A stretch of 64,000 nucleotides of DNA from Gemmatimonadales bacterium (GCA_041577295.1 JBFGJG010000002.1:128001-192000); one strand, 5' to 3'; shown: positions 29,151 through 39,566, counted from the first letter of the stretch. Notes: generated by a model not told the origin, from the letters alone. Numbers and translations are program-made.

Positions 29151-29831
29151 CTACGGTGGTGGGGGAAACGGACTGTCGAGCACCCCCATTTCCATCGCGA
29201 ATCGTGTGAGACCCGCAATCGTGCGGATCCCCAGCTTGCGCATCAGATTCTCGCGATACGACTCGACCGTTCGATGACTGATCCCCAACTCGCTCGCGAT
29301 CTCCTTGTTGGTGCGACCCTCGGCGACCCGGCGGAGCACCTCCCGTTCTCGCGGCGTCAACTCCGCCAACCGCCCTTGCTGTTCCTCGCGGGTGGCTTCC
29401 TGTCTCAGCCCTTCGCCGAGTTGCTTGGCGACGGCTGGACTGAAGAACGAGTCCCCGCGGTATACTGCCCGTACCGCCTCGCGCACCTCGGCAGGGCGGG
29501 CGTCTTTCAGTACATAGCCATCCGCGCCTGCCCGCACAGCCTCAGTCACGTACTGTGGATGGTCGTGCATGCTGAGGATGAGGACGCGAATCTCGGGATG
29601 CTGCGTCCTGAGCATCGGAAGTAGCTCCAGACCCGAGGCGCCCGGCATCGTGATATCCAATACGATCACATGAGGACGATGCTCACCCGTGAGCCGCAGA
29701 ACGTCCGAGCCATCCGTCACTTCGGCGACCACTTCAAAACCGGCAGCGCCTGACAACACGTGCCGGATGCCCTCGCGGACGACCGCATGGTCGTCCGCGA
29801 CGAGAACTCGGATCGGCTCGCCAGTACTCAT
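29151..29831 (-). CDS. NarL/LuxR family response regulator
   Basis: DDH...LDITMP...GYVLK; LTPREREVL...GRTNKEIA.EL.IS.RTV. Confidence 0.95.
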   Translation of the reverse strand: MSTGEPIRVLVADDHAVVREGIRHVLSGAAGFEVVAEVTDGSDVLRLTGEHRPHVIVLDITMPGASGLELLPMLRTQHPEIRVLILSMHDHPQYVTEAVRAGADGYVLKDARPAEVREAVRAVYRGDSFFSPAVAKQLGEGLRQEATREEQQGRLAELTPREREVLRRVAEGRTNKEIASELGISHRTVESYRENLMRKLGIRTIAGLTRFAMEMGVLDSPFPPPP

Positions 29832-31642
29832 TCCGAAGACGAAGAAGTTATGGGTGTGGTCACCACGAGCCTCGCACCGCCACCAGGGGCTGACGTAAGG
29901 GAGACCGTTCCACCTAACACCGTGATACGCTCACGCATCCATGGTAGACCCATGTGTCCCTTACGCTCCAACGTGAGCAGCTCGGCATCCGGCGGTGGGC
30001 CACGTCCATCGTCATCGATGGTCACTGTGAGCCTATCTTCTGTCGCCGTGACCCGTACCTCAACCAGCTGCGCTTCTGCGTGGCGTGCCACGTTCGCCAG
30101 CCCTTCTTGGAGCGCGCGAAACAATGCCAACTCGGCATCATCGGTGAGCCCGGGCAGGGTGCTCGGCGCTTCGAATTGCACTTTCACACCGCTTCGGGCA
30201 CGAAAATCGTGCACGAGCGCGCGCATGGCCGGAAGGAGTCCCAAGTCGTCGAGCAGCGATGGACGCAGATCGTTGAGAACGTTGCGAATCCCTTGAATCC
30301 CTGTGTCCATCAACCCCATGGCGTGATCGAGACGATTTGCAAGCTCGCGATCAGCGGTCTCGCGCATGACGCCCAGCTGTAGTTGAACGGCCGAGAGAAC
30401 CTGCGCGGTTTCATCGTGTAGCTCGCGAGACAGGCGTTGGCGTTCACCCTCGTGTTGTCGCACCATCCGCGTTGCAAGGCGCTCGAGCTCCTCACGCCGA
30501 GCCTCGAGTCGCCGATAGAGATCCGCACCCTCGAGGGCAGCCCCTACCTGCTGCCCCAACGTGACGAGGAACCGCGTGTCCAACGCCGCAAAGGGATCGC
30601 GCGCATCCCCAACGATCAACAGCGCGCCGCTCACCTTCGCCTCGCGGAAGATTGGCAGCGCCGCGGCGTACGCGAATGCAATATCTCGATCCCGTTCACT
30701 CGTGCGACCGTCTCGGACAATCTCAGGCGCGCCAGAACCTATGGCACGCGTGATGGCGGAAAGTGCCGAGCCATGGGGCACCTGCCCTGCCCACCCACTG
30801 CACACACCTGCTGCGGCCACGAACACCCCGCCGTCTCGCTCCACCACGTACATCGCACTGCCGCGCACACCGGGCAAGCCCAGCGGCCGTTCGACCAAGC
30901 GACGAAGCACGTCGGGGCGCTGTTCCCGCCCGCCGTGCTGAAGATCTCCCGAGAGCGCGGAAAGCGTGCTGAGCGCGCGATGCTGGTCCTCCAGTACTAG
31001 CAGCAGAATTCCGGCGCCCATCGCGAGGACGAAAATCAGATCCAAATAGTATCCCCAAGGGACCCAGGCCCCCCGCGCCCGGAGAAACGGGTAGTCGAGG
31101 TGGTGCAGTCCCCACAGCAGGAGGGCGACACCGAGCAAGGCGGCCGCTGGAGAGCCAACCTGCCGGTGATAGCGGTAGAACACCCAAGCGGTCCAGATCG
31201 TCGCCGCGCTGAGGAAGAGCACCGCGGGTCCCGCCGCAAGGAGAAAGTTGTCGAGCCGGTAAATCGCGACGTAGGACCACACCACCGGGAACAGCACTGC
31301 AACGAGGTATTCCCACTTGAACCGTATCTGCTGAGAGAAAACCAGCGCGGCCCATAACACCCCTAGGGCGGTCCAACCGGTTGCCACCTGATGCCAATAG
31401 AGCCAAACCCGATTGGCGGATTCGAGAAAGCTGATGATCGCACCGAGACGGAGGGCGTACAGCGTCCACGCGACGCTCCACCACGCGAAGTACGGCTTGC
31501 CATAACGCCGAAAGAGAAACACGCACAGCAGCGCCAGGGCCAGCGTGACCCCACCCTGAAGGAAGGCCGCCGCCAGCTCGGAGGCATCGGCGACACGGGC
31601 GCCTAACTCCATATCTTGGAGCTTGTTAGAGACCGCAAACAT
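29828..31642 (-). CDS. Membrane sensor histidine kinase (7TM-GAF-HisKA_3-HATPase)
   Basis: ERQRLSRELHDE, LRPSLLDDLGL, QEGLANVARHA, DDGRG, GLPWMRER; ATGA overlap with the response regulator. Confidence 0.93.
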   Translation of the reverse strand: MFAVSNKLQDMELGARVADASELAAAFLQGGVTLALALLCVFLFRRYGKPYFAWWSVAWTLYALRLGAIISFLESANRVWLYWHQVATGWTALGVLWAALVFSQQIRFKWEYLVAVLFPVVWSYVAIYRLDNFLLAAGPAVLFLSAATIWTAWVFYRYHRQVGSPAAALLGVALLLWGLHHLDYPFLRARGAWVPWGYYLDLIFVLAMGAGILLLVLEDQHRALSTLSALSGDLQHGGREQRPDVLRRLVERPLGLPGVRGSAMYVVERDGGVFVAAAGVCSGWAGQVPHGSALSAITRAIGSGAPEIVRDGRTSERDRDIAFAYAAALPIFREAKVSGALLIVGDARDPFAALDTRFLVTLGQQVGAALEGADLYRRLEARREELERLATRMVRQHEGERQRLSRELHDETAQVLSAVQLQLGVMRETADRELANRLDHAMGLMDTGIQGIRNVLNDLRPSLLDDLGLLPAMRALVHDFRARSGVKVQFEAPSTLPGLTDDAELALFRALQEGLANVARHAEAQLVEVRVTATEDRLTVTIDDDGRGPPPDAELLTLERKGHMGLPWMRERITVLGGTVSLTSAPGGGARLVVTTPITSSSSE

Positions 31643-31755
31643 GTAAGCTGCTTAAAGGAAGCGACGGATCAGGCGTGACGCAATGGAAGATGGCGGTGCT
31701 CGCCACCTAACCCTAGGCCGTTGGTCACGCCCCGTCCGCGCACTTTCGCCAGCGA

Positions 31756-33168
31756 TCAGCTGTCGTAATACAGGAAGAACTCGTGCGGATGCGGCCGCAG
31801 TAGAATAGGATCGACTTCGTTCTCCATCTTGTAGTCGATCCACGTCTCGATCAGGTCGTCGGTGAACACGTCTCCCTTGGTGAGAAACGCGTGATCTTCC
31901 CGGAGCGCAGCGAGCGCCTCTGGTAACGATCCCGGTGTGTGGCGATAGGCTGCCAGCTCGTCGGGTGTCATCTCGTAAATATCACGGTCGAGCGGCTCGC
32001 CCGGGTCGATGTTGTTCTCGATGCCATCGAGCACCGCCATCAGCATCGCGGAGAACATGAGGTAGCCATTGCAGGTCGGATCCGGACAGCGGAACTCGAG
32101 CCGCTTCGCCTTGGGGTTAGCGGAGTACATCGGGATGCGCACCGCAGCGGAACGGTTTCTCGCCGACATCACCAGGTTGATGGGTGCCTCGAAACCAGGC
32201 ACCAAGCGCCGATAGGAGTTGGTTGTAGGCGCCGCAAACGCCAAGACCGCCGGCGCGTGTTTCAGCAACCCACCAATGCCGTGGAGTGCGAGCTCGCTCA
32301 AATCTGCGTAGCCTTTGCCCCCAAAGAGCGGCTTGCCTCCCTTCCAGAGGGAAAGATGGGTATGCATGCCGCTGCCGTTGTCTTGAAACACCGGTTTCGG
32401 CATGAACGTCACCGTCTTCCCATGTCGCTTAGCCACGTTCTTTATGACGTACTTGTACCACATGAATTGATCGGCTTGCTCGAGCAGGGGGGCGAAACGC
32501 ATGTCGATCTCGCTCTGGCCAGCGGTGCCCACCTCGTGATGATGAGCTTCAACCACTACGCCGATCTTCCGTAACGCGTACACCATTTCGCCCCGGAGAT
32601 CGTGATACGTATCAGTGGGGCTGACGGGGAAGTAACCGCCTTTGTAGCTCGGCTTATACCCGAGGTTCGGCTCCTCGAACCGGGCGGTGTTCCACGCGCC
32701 CTCTACCGAATCGATCTCGTAGAAGCCGCGGTGCTCGTTCTGCTCGTAACGGACCTCGTCGAAGATGAAGAACTCGGGTTCGGGACCGATGTAGCAAACG
32801 TCGCCGACTCCGGTCTCTTTGAGGTACTCGGTCGCCTTCCGGGCGACGTGCCGCGGATCTCGAGTGTAATCCTCTTTGGTCACCGGGTCGACGATGTCTG
32901 CGATCACACTGACCGTTGGCTCCTTGAAGAACGGATCGATCACCATTGAGTCAGGGTCGGGAATGGCGAGCATGTCCGAGACGTGGATGCCTTGCCAGCC
33001 ACGAATGGACGAACCATCGAATCCCACGCCGTCTTCGAACGTGCTCTCGTCCCACGTGTCGACCGGAAAAGAGCAGTGCTGCCAGGTACCCAGGAGATCG
33101 GTGAACTTCAGATCGACCATCTCGGCATGGTGTTTCTTGGCAAAGGCGAAGAAATCGCTAGGCGGCAT
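31756..33168 (-). CDS. glnA: Type I glutamine synthetase (GSI-beta), copy 2
   Basis: [67 protein letters not shown]. Confidence 0.97.
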   Translation of the reverse strand: MPPSDFFAFAKKHHAEMVDLKFTDLLGTWQHCSFPVDTWDESTFEDGVGFDGSSIRGWQGIHVSDMLAIPDPDSMVIDPFFKEPTVSVIADIVDPVTKEDYTRDPRHVARKATEYLKETGVGDVCYIGPEPEFFIFDEVRYEQNEHRGFYEIDSVEGAWNTARFEEPNLGYKPSYKGGYFPVSPTDTYHDLRGEMVYALRKIGVVVEAHHHEVGTAGQSEIDMRFAPLLEQADQFMWYKYVIKNVAKRHGKTVTFMPKPVFQDNGSGMHTHLSLWKGGKPLFGGKGYADLSELALHGIGGLLKHAPAVLAFAAPTTNSYRRLVPGFEAPINLVMSARNRSAAVRIPMYSANPKAKRLEFRCPDPTCNGYLMFSAMLMAVLDGIENNIDPGEPLDRDIYEMTPDELAAYRHTPGSLPEALAALREDHAFLTKGDVFTDDLIETWIDYKMENEVDPILLRPHPHEFFLYYDS

Positions 33169-33240
33169 GTTGATCGGCTCCGTGCTGCGAGGTCAGTAGT
33201 GGGGATCGCTCCGGGTTTCCGCTGTGGAGCAACCGGCGCC

Positions 33241-33269
33241 ACGTTAGGCTACCGAGGGCGGGTACGCAA
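33241..33269 (-). promoter_or_regulatory. Putative sigma-70 promoter of glnA copy 2
   Basis: TTGCGT-N17-TAACGT. Confidence 0.4.
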
Positions 33270-33328
33270 GGAAGAGAACTCGAAGGCACAGGTCTGGTGA
33301 CTTCGGCCGGGGGCGGGCCTTGCAAGGT

Positions 33329-33601
33329 CTGAGACGTGAGCCCTGAGGCCCAAGTCGCGACGACTTGGATCCAAGTCGAGGCGACTCTGGCCCAAGTCGA
33401 GGCAACTTGGCTTTGCGGAGGGTGCCCCGAGGCCTCAGTCGCGACAACTTGGACCCGATTCACAACGACTAAGGTCTCGAGAGGGGTGTCTGAGGCCTGA
33501 GATGCGACGACTTGGGTCCAAGTTGGGCCAACTTGGATCCAATTCGCGGCGACTCAGGCCCAAGTTGACACGACTTGGGTCAAAGTCGGAGCATCTGAGA
33601 C
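33329..33601. repeat. Degenerate tandem array of about 13 x 21-bp palindromic units, consensus CCAAGTCG-N3-CGACTTGG-N2
   Basis: Units in exact 21-bp register at 33350, 33371, 33392, 33434, 33455, 33497, 33518, 33539, 33560, 33581. Confidence 0.85.
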
Positions 33602-33783
33602 GATGGTCTAGACGCGTAACAGCTGTGTTGGTAATGGATTACAGCATCTGGTACTCATGGACGGCCCGCGGCCACGAAGACCTGGCTCCAACAGCTGCGA
33701 TCAGGCCGATCGAGGTACCCAAGCCGAGCCGGGTCGCGCCGCCTCCGTGGTGTGGAGCCTTTCGCGCGGCGTAATACCTCGCG

Positions 33784-33813
33784 AAAAGCCCCGGCTGCTC
33801 ACCGGGGCTTTTT
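33784..33813. terminator. Bidirectional intrinsic terminator downstream of tRNA-Cys
   Basis: AAAAGCCCCGG-CTGCTCA-CCGGGGCTTTTT. Confidence 0.85.
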
Positions 33814-33818
33814 GTCAG

Positions 33819-33890
<72 letters not shown>

Positions 33891-33974
33891 TGGGCTGTGG
33901 AAGTTGCCCCCGGCCCGGGCGATTCTCAAGGGGAAAACGCTCGGAACCGGGGTGCGAGGAGATTGACTTTTTGC

Positions 33975-34499
33975 TTAGTCGTCGGCGAGGGATGTCCGGA
34001 GCATCCACGCCATCTTCTCGTGCCGCTCCAACAACCCCACCATGAAATCGTTGGTTCCCACGTCGTGGAAGTGCTCGGTGCACTTCTCCTGGTCTTCGCG
34101 CAAGTGCCGGATTACTGCCTCGTGGTCGGCAAGGAGGTTCCCGAGCATGTCACGTGCGCGCGGGTACTCTCCCGGGGTCTCGCTGAGGCGTGATTCCCGC
34201 TCGAACTCCTGCACCGTGCCAATCGCGAATCCGCCAAGCGCACGCGCACGCTCAGCCACATCGTCAATGATGCCCTCGAGCTCTCGGTACTGTTCCTCGA
34301 ACAGCTCGTGAAGCTGCTGGAAGTGCATGCCGCGCACATTCCAATGGTAGTTACGCGACTTGACGTACAGGAGCATCTCGTCGGCAAGCAATTTGTTGAG
34401 CAAGCCGACAACACCCTGGCGATCTTCAGCGGACAACCCGGTGTGGACCCGCGTCGTCTCGTCCATCATGCGGGGCGAAGGCGAGGTCATGACAGCCAT
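33975..34499 (-). CDS. dps: Dps family DNA-protection ferritin-like protein
   Basis: LYVKSRNYHWNVRGMHF..LHELFEEQY, D.VAER, HEKMAWML. Confidence 0.93.
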   Translation of the reverse strand: MAVMTSPSPRMMDETTRVHTGLSAEDRQGVVGLLNKLLADEMLLYVKSRNYHWNVRGMHFQQLHELFEEQYRELEGIIDDVAERARALGGFAIGTVQEFERESRLSETPGEYPRARDMLGNLLADHEAVIRHLREDQEKCTEHFHDVGTNDFMVGLLERHEKMAWMLRTSLADD

Positions 34500-34646
34500 A
34501 TTCGATCTCCGTTAGTGATTCGTTTATTCTATGTTTGTTAAAGTTAATAGTTAGACAGTAATTGCGCAACAAGTGCCCAGGCTACCCGCTCGGCCAGCGG
34601 CTCAACTTGTACGGACGGCCGCGCGGGGGTAGACTTTTCCCACCGA

Positions 34647-34720
34647 GCGCCCGTAGCTCAACTGGACAGAGCATCGGACTTCGGATCCGAGGGCTGGGGG
34701 TTCGAGTCCTCCCGGGCGCA
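34647..34720 (+). tRNA. tRNA-Arg(UCG)
   Basis: GCGCCCGTAGCTCAACTGGACAGAGCA-TCGGA-CT-TCG-GA-TCCGA-GGGCTGGGGGTTCGAGTCCTCCCGGGCGCA; upstream TTGTAC-N17-TAGACT promoter. Confidence 0.95.
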
Positions 34721-34737
34721 TCACGGCTCGCCGTCTT

Positions 34738-35310
34738 TCACCCGTTGTAGATCAGACCACCGCGGTCCCGGTACAGCTGCAATACCGACCGAGCGTCGTC
34801 CCGGAGCACGCCCCGCACCACTTCCACCCCCCGATCTCGCAGGTACTGGTACGACTCCGGAAAGACCGGACCCTCATCGAAGTTGAGGCGAGAGGCGTCC
34901 TCGCGATGCGCTCCGGTTACCAAACGTTTGACACCGCTCCACAACACACCGCCAAGACACATAGCGCACGGATCGCAGGAGGAGACGAGCTCGTATGCTG
35001 CGTCGGGGTCCGCGCCCAGCGTGTGCACCTGGAGCCGTTGCTGCGCCATCATCGTGGCGACCATTTCCGCGTGCAGCGAGGAGTTGCGGAGGGGAACCAC
35101 CTGGTTCATGCCAGCGGCGATGAGCTGCCCCGTGCGCGACGCAAAAATCGCGGCCCCAAACGGGCCTCCGGTGTTCTGCATGACGTTCTCTCGCGCGAGG
35201 GCGATTGCCAGGCGCATTCGGTCCTCCGTAGCGGTGTACTCCCGATCCCAATCGACGACCTGCTCCACCCAGGGAGGATAGGTGATTCGTATTTCGGGAA
35301 GAGTTGTCAC
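34738..35310 (-). CDS. Zn-dependent nucleoside/nucleobase deaminase (CDA fold, guanine-deaminase-like)
   Basis: GGPFGA, HAE, SCDPCAMC, FDEGP, C-terminal IYNG; GTG start at 35310 after GGAG. Confidence 0.85.
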   Translation of the reverse strand: MTTLPEIRITYPPWVEQVVDWDREYTATEDRMRLAIALARENVMQNTGGPFGAAIFASRTGQLIAAGMNQVVPLRNSSLHAEMVATMMAQQRLQVHTLGADPDAAYELVSSCDPCAMCLGGVLWSGVKRLVTGAHREDASRLNFDEGPVFPESYQYLRDRGVEVVRGVLRDDARSVLQLYRDRGGLIYNG

Positions 35311-35429
35311 GCCTGTCTGTCTTTCTCCGGCCGATACGTTCGTCGGGTTGGTGGCACGGCTTTCGGGAGTCCGATCACACCGTATCTTCCTACGAAGTCG
35401 TGATGCGATCCGCCCGGCTTTGAGGTCCC

Positions 35430-35894
35430 ATGACCGACATACAGACCTACGCGACATCTTTGCCATTCGGTGCGTCAGTGCTGGACGGCGTGCTGACGGC
35501 CGGCCAACCTGAGGAAGCCCATTTTGTCGCGCTCGGCGCGCTTGGATGCCGCACGGTCGTTGACCTGCGCGGGCCTCACGAGCCTCGTCCCTGTGACGAG
35601 CCTACCTGTGTGCAAGCTAACGGAATGGAGTACGTGAGCATCCCAATCACCCCCCAAACCCTGGGTGACGAGACGTTCGCCGATTTCCGCTCCATGATGC
35701 GTGACGCCAGCAAGCGGCCGTTGCTCGTCCACTGTGCCACTTCGGATCGAGTGGGTGCACTGCTGCTCCCGTATCTCATTCTCGACCAAGGACACGATCT
35801 GGACCGAGCTCTCGAACTCGCGACGAAGGCAGGCCTTCGCAGCATGCAACTCGCTCAGATTGCGCTGGACTACGCGGAACGCGCTGCAACGTGA
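35430..35894 (+). CDS. Cys-based phosphatase / sulfur-transferase-like protein (DUF442/Blh-like)
   Basis: [23 protein letters not shown] (HCxxxxR loop). Confidence 0.75.
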   Translation: MTDIQTYATSLPFGASVLDGVLTAGQPEEAHFVALGALGCRTVVDLRGPHEPRPCDEPTCVQANGMEYVSIPITPQTLGDETFADFRSMMRDASKRPLLVHCATSDRVGALLLPYLILDQGHDLDRALELATKAGLRSMQLAQIALDYAERAAT

Positions 35895-35923
35895 TGCCCC
35901 CTCGAGGCCCCAACGGTGTTGCC

Positions 35924-36253
35924 ATGATTATCTCTACGACGCCATCGATCAACGGTCATGAAATCACCCAGTACTACGGAATCGTCACCGGAGAGGCGAT
36001 TCTGGGAGCCAACATCTTCAAGGATTTCTTTGCCGGCATTCGCGACATCGTTGGCGGTCGCTCGGCGGCTTACGAAGAAGAGCTGCGCAAGGCCCGCGAT
36101 ATCGCAATCGACGAAATGGCGCTCGAAGGAGAAGCCCTGGGCGCCAATGCGGTGGTCGGGGTCGACATCGACTACGAGACAATTCAGGTAGGGAGCGGTG
36201 GGAGCATGCTCATGGTGAGTGCGTCAGGAACGGCGGTAAAAGTGAGGATGTGA
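35924..36253 (+). CDS. YbjQ/UPF0145 family putative heavy-metal-binding protein
   Basis: [50 protein letters not shown]. Confidence 0.92.
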   Translation: MIISTTPSINGHEITQYYGIVTGEAILGANIFKDFFAGIRDIVGGRSAAYEEELRKARDIAIDEMALEGEALGANAVVGVDIDYETIQVGSGGSMLMVSASGTAVKVRM

Positions 36254-36312
36254 GGACTGGGTGAGTAGTGGGCAGTGAAGCAGACGAGCCAATCCTGCCT
36301 ATTACGGCATAC

Positions 36313-37968
36313 CTAGAAAAAGAACCCGCGCCCAAAGACCACGACCCACCGGCTTTGGCCGGAAAGTCCGTCGCCGAACCGGTAGGCGATGTCGAGCCGG
36401 CCCACGTTTGGTCCGGCCGACCTGGTTGCGCCGAAGCGGATGCCGGCACCAACGTCGCCTCCAAAGCGCGCGGGTTGGTCGGGAAACCAAGCACCGCCGT
36501 AATCCACAAACGCCGCAAAACCCAGCCCCATGACATTCAGCAATTCGTCAATGACGAACGCGCGATGCTCGAGAGAACCCCAAATGCCCCGGGTCCCCGT
36601 GAACGCGTGCGGTTCGAACGCCCGTGGCCCGATGCCGTGTCCGAGGTCGATCTCGTGACCGGGAGGCGTGCCTTTGCGAACCATTGCCTCCAAATGAAAG
36701 ACGGTGGCGCTCTTCCGAAGGGCTTGTGAGACCGCTGTAAAACCCGCCCAGACCTGACCTGAGTCGAGGCCAGCCGACGTAAACAGTCCGTTCGCGCGCG
36801 CGGCGAACCTGACCCACTGCGAGCCAAGGATTGCCCCCGTCTGGAAGAAACCCCTCGGCCCAATACCAGAGCGTTGGTAGCCGAAATCCGCGGGGGCCAT
36901 CCACACCCCCACGTTGAGCCGTGTGCTCAAATCGATGTCGACATCGCGTTCGAACCCGATGTAATGTGTTGTAACCTTGAAGCGCGCTTTGGCGATGTCG
37001 GTGAAGACGCCGACGGCACCGGTGACCGTGTCCGGAACCGTCAGGGGGACGGGTTGGGCGGGCTTTAGAAAGTACTCCTCACGCTTGACCTGTGCCGCGA
37101 GCCCAACCCGCACATACAAGGCAGAGCTCGCGACCGGCGCATAGGCAAAAGTTGCGCGCTGAAAGAACAGCCGCCGGCGAAAGGTTTGAAACAGTTCGCC
37201 ACTGCGAAACTGCAGCATGTCCCGCTCTGCGGCGGCCCCATGGAATTCCAGGCCAAATCGCTCCGAGAACGCGCGAAAGGGACGCTCGAACGCCCACTCG
37301 CCGACGCTGCCGTCGCTCAAATTGTCGTACAGTCCCGAGACGAGCAGTCGGGACCCGAGGGGCCGATCCCATCGGCCGAGCAGGGTGACGGCGGTGCGGT
37401 CCGGCTCGTCGCGATACGTAATTCCCGCCTGCGCACCCGTACCAAGCAGGTTGCGCTCGAGAAGACCTGCCGCCCAGGAGAACGTGCCGCCCGTCGAGCG
37501 TCCGGTGAGATTGAGGTCGGTCGACCACCCGTCACCGGTGCGTAGATACACCGTGACGGAATCGCCGTGACGAACCGTGTCCGCTTCGACGTCGCGAAAG
37601 ATCCCGAGGGTCCGTAGGTTGCGCAGCGATTCCTCGACGCGAGCGGAGTCGTAACGCTCGCCCACGTCGAAGAGGAGTTCGCGGCGAATGACGTAGGGGC
37701 GAGTGGTGAAGTGCAGCGCGTTGGCAACGCGGAACAGCACGCTGGAGCGCGCCTCCGCGGGGTCGAAGACATCGTGATTGACAATGACGATGCTATCGAT
37801 GTACGGCTCCGCGGTGCTCACACCGTCCTGCGCCACGGCACGGGAAAACGGCGCGAGGAACAGGGCCAGGAGAAAAGCGCGTCTCACACCGCTACACACC
37901 CCCCGCCCGAAACCTCTGCACCGAATCGAGCGCGCGCTCGGGTCGGACATCACCAGATTTGGGAACAT
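36313..37968 (-). CDS. Omp85/BamA-TamA-like outer-membrane protein with a POTRA domain
   Basis: TRPYVIRRELLF..G..YD....ES.RNLR.LGIF POTRA motif; beta-strand-rich; FVDYGGAW; C-terminal Phe. Confidence 0.75.
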   Translation of the reverse strand: MFPNLVMSDPSARSIRCRGFGRGVCSGVRRAFLLALFLAPFSRAVAQDGVSTAEPYIDSIVIVNHDVFDPAEARSSVLFRVANALHFTTRPYVIRRELLFDVGERYDSARVEESLRNLRTLGIFRDVEADTVRHGDSVTVYLRTGDGWSTDLNLTGRSTGGTFSWAAGLLERNLLGTGAQAGITYRDEPDRTAVTLLGRWDRPLGSRLLVSGLYDNLSDGSVGEWAFERPFRAFSERFGLEFHGAAAERDMLQFRSGELFQTFRRRLFFQRATFAYAPVASSALYVRVGLAAQVKREEYFLKPAQPVPLTVPDTVTGAVGVFTDIAKARFKVTTHYIGFERDVDIDLSTRLNVGVWMAPADFGYQRSGIGPRGFFQTGAILGSQWVRFAARANGLFTSAGLDSGQVWAGFTAVSQALRKSATVFHLEAMVRKGTPPGHEIDLGHGIGPRAFEPHAFTGTRGIWGSLEHRAFVIDELLNVMGLGFAAFVDYGGAWFPDQPARFGGDVGAGIRFGATRSAGPNVGRLDIAYRFGDGLSGQSRWVVVFGRGFFF

Positions 37969-38090
37969 CGGATCGGACTCTGACCGACTCGGATCACCCA
38001 GCCTTGGGGAGCGGGGATTGGGACCGCGGAACTTGCAACACTCTTACCTAACATAGCGGGTCCCTCGGCTCCCAGCTTGGACGTCGCGAA

Positions 38091-39494
38091 TCAGTATTTG
38101 CCGAGGTACTTCTCCGCTTCCCACGGGCTCACCATGGCGGAATACTCGAGCCACTCCTGGCGCTTCGCTTCCACAAACCGCCGGTAGATGTGATCGCCGA
38201 GCGCATCGCGAATGATCCGGTCCTTTTCCAAATAGTCGAGGGCCTCGTGGAGATCTCGTGGCAACTCGTCGATGCGATAACGTCGCCGTTCCCGAAAGCT
38301 CATCGAGAAGATGTTTTTGTTGACGGGATCGGGCGGTGTCAGGCCTTCCTCGATTCCGTTGAGACCGGCCGCGAGCTGTACGGTGAGCGCGAGGTACGGA
38401 TTGGCCGACGGGTCCGGCATCCGCAGCTCGCACCGGGTGCCCTGTCCGCGGCGATCGGGGATGCGGATGAGCGGGGACCGATTGCGCATGCTCCAAGCGA
38501 CGTTGGTCGGAGCCTCGTACCCCGGCACGAGACGTTTGTAGCTGTTTACCAATGGATTGGTTACAGCACAGAATCCACGCGCGTGCTTCAACAGGCCGGC
38601 GATATAGCCGAGCCCCACTTCCGAGATTTGCCACTTCGCCTTGGGATCGAAGAACGCGTTCTTGCCGTTCTTGAACAGCGACTGATGCGTGTGCATCCCC
38701 GAGCCGTTCTGGCCCTGGATGGGCTTGGGCATAAACGTCGCGAGAAACCCGTGCCGGTACGCGATGGTCCTCACCACGAACCGGAACGTTGCGATGTGAT
38801 CGGCCGTGGTGAGCGCGTCGGCATACCGGAAATCCACCTCGTGCTGACCCGAGGCGACCTCGTGATGCCCCGCTTCGACTTCAAAACCCATGTGAACGAG
38901 GTCGTGGATGATCAGTCGTCTTATGGGTTCCGCACGATCCACTGGTGCCAGGTCGAAGTAGCCACCCTGGTCGTGAGTCTCGAGCGAGGGATCCCCTCGT
39001 TCGTCCAAGTGGAAGATGAAAAACTCGGCCTCACACCCAGCCATCATCTGGAATCCCATCTCCTGCGCTTTGGCGATCTGCCGCTTGAGCGTGAGGCGCG
39101 GGCAGCCGGCAAACGGTGTGTCGTCTGGATTGTAGATGTCGCAAATCAGCCGGGCCACGCGTCCGCCCTCGTCGTCATACGGAAAGATCTCGAACGTCTC
39201 CAGGTCGGGCTTGAGCACCATATCGCTTTCCTCGATGCGGACGAAGCCCTCGATGGACGATCCGTCGAACATCACATCGCCCGACAGTGCCTTATTGAAC
39301 TGACTGCTCGGCACCTCGACGTTCTTGTTGATCCCGGTGATATCGGTGAACTGAAGACGCAAGAAATCCACGTCGAAATCTTCGGTGAGTTTGATGATGT
39401 CCGACGTGGACGCACCGCTGGTGTCGATTGCCTGGCCACGCACCACTGGCTTGGTGTCGCGAACCGGGACCGTCAGGGCTTTGCCTCGGGCCAC
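38091..39494 (-). CDS. glnA: Type I glutamine synthetase (GSI-alpha), copy 3
   Basis: MFDGSSIEGFVRIEESDM, HHEVASGQHE.DF, FMPKP..GQNGSGMH, NSYKRLVPGYEAP, RCELRMPDP; lacks the beta insertion; NIF instead of NLY. Confidence 0.93.
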   Translation of the reverse strand: MARGKALTVPVRDTKPVVRGQAIDTSGASTSDIIKLTEDFDVDFLRLQFTDITGINKNVEVPSSQFNKALSGDVMFDGSSIEGFVRIEESDMVLKPDLETFEIFPYDDEGGRVARLICDIYNPDDTPFAGCPRLTLKRQIAKAQEMGFQMMAGCEAEFFIFHLDERGDPSLETHDQGGYFDLAPVDRAEPIRRLIIHDLVHMGFEVEAGHHEVASGQHEVDFRYADALTTADHIATFRFVVRTIAYRHGFLATFMPKPIQGQNGSGMHTHQSLFKNGKNAFFDPKAKWQISEVGLGYIAGLLKHARGFCAVTNPLVNSYKRLVPGYEAPTNVAWSMRNRSPLIRIPDRRGQGTRCELRMPDPSANPYLALTVQLAAGLNGIEEGLTPPDPVNKNIFSMSFRERRRYRIDELPRDLHEALDYLEKDRIIRDALGDHIYRRFVEAKRQEWLEYSAMVSPWEAEKYLGKY

Positions 39495-39536
39495 GTTCTC
39501 ACGCTCCTGAAGAGTTTGGGGGCTAACGAGCCGCCC

Positions 39537-39566
39537 AACCTAACGAGGGCCTGAGCACGTTGTCAA
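39537..39566 (-). promoter_or_regulatory. Sigma-70-type promoter of glnA copy 3
   Basis: TTGACA-N18-TAGGTT. Confidence 0.55.

Noticed and set aside
33228..33241. Sigma-54 promoter for glnA copy 2 (TGGCGCCGGTTGCT)
   Set aside because: GG-GC spacing is 8 nt, not the required 10
33329..33601. CRISPR array
   Set aside because: Units are contiguous and degenerate with no unique spacers, and there are no cas genes in the window
34738..35310. tRNA adenosine deaminase TadA
   Set aside because: Lacks TadA-type EVPVGA and TLEPC motifs; has GGPFGA, FDEG and a terminal YN like guanine deaminases
38190..39554. Long antisense ORFs (454 aa here; also 27591-28595, 55587-56774, 57589-58488, 43845-44924)
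   Set aside because: Shadow frames of well-supported genes in GC-rich DNA, with no recognisable motifs
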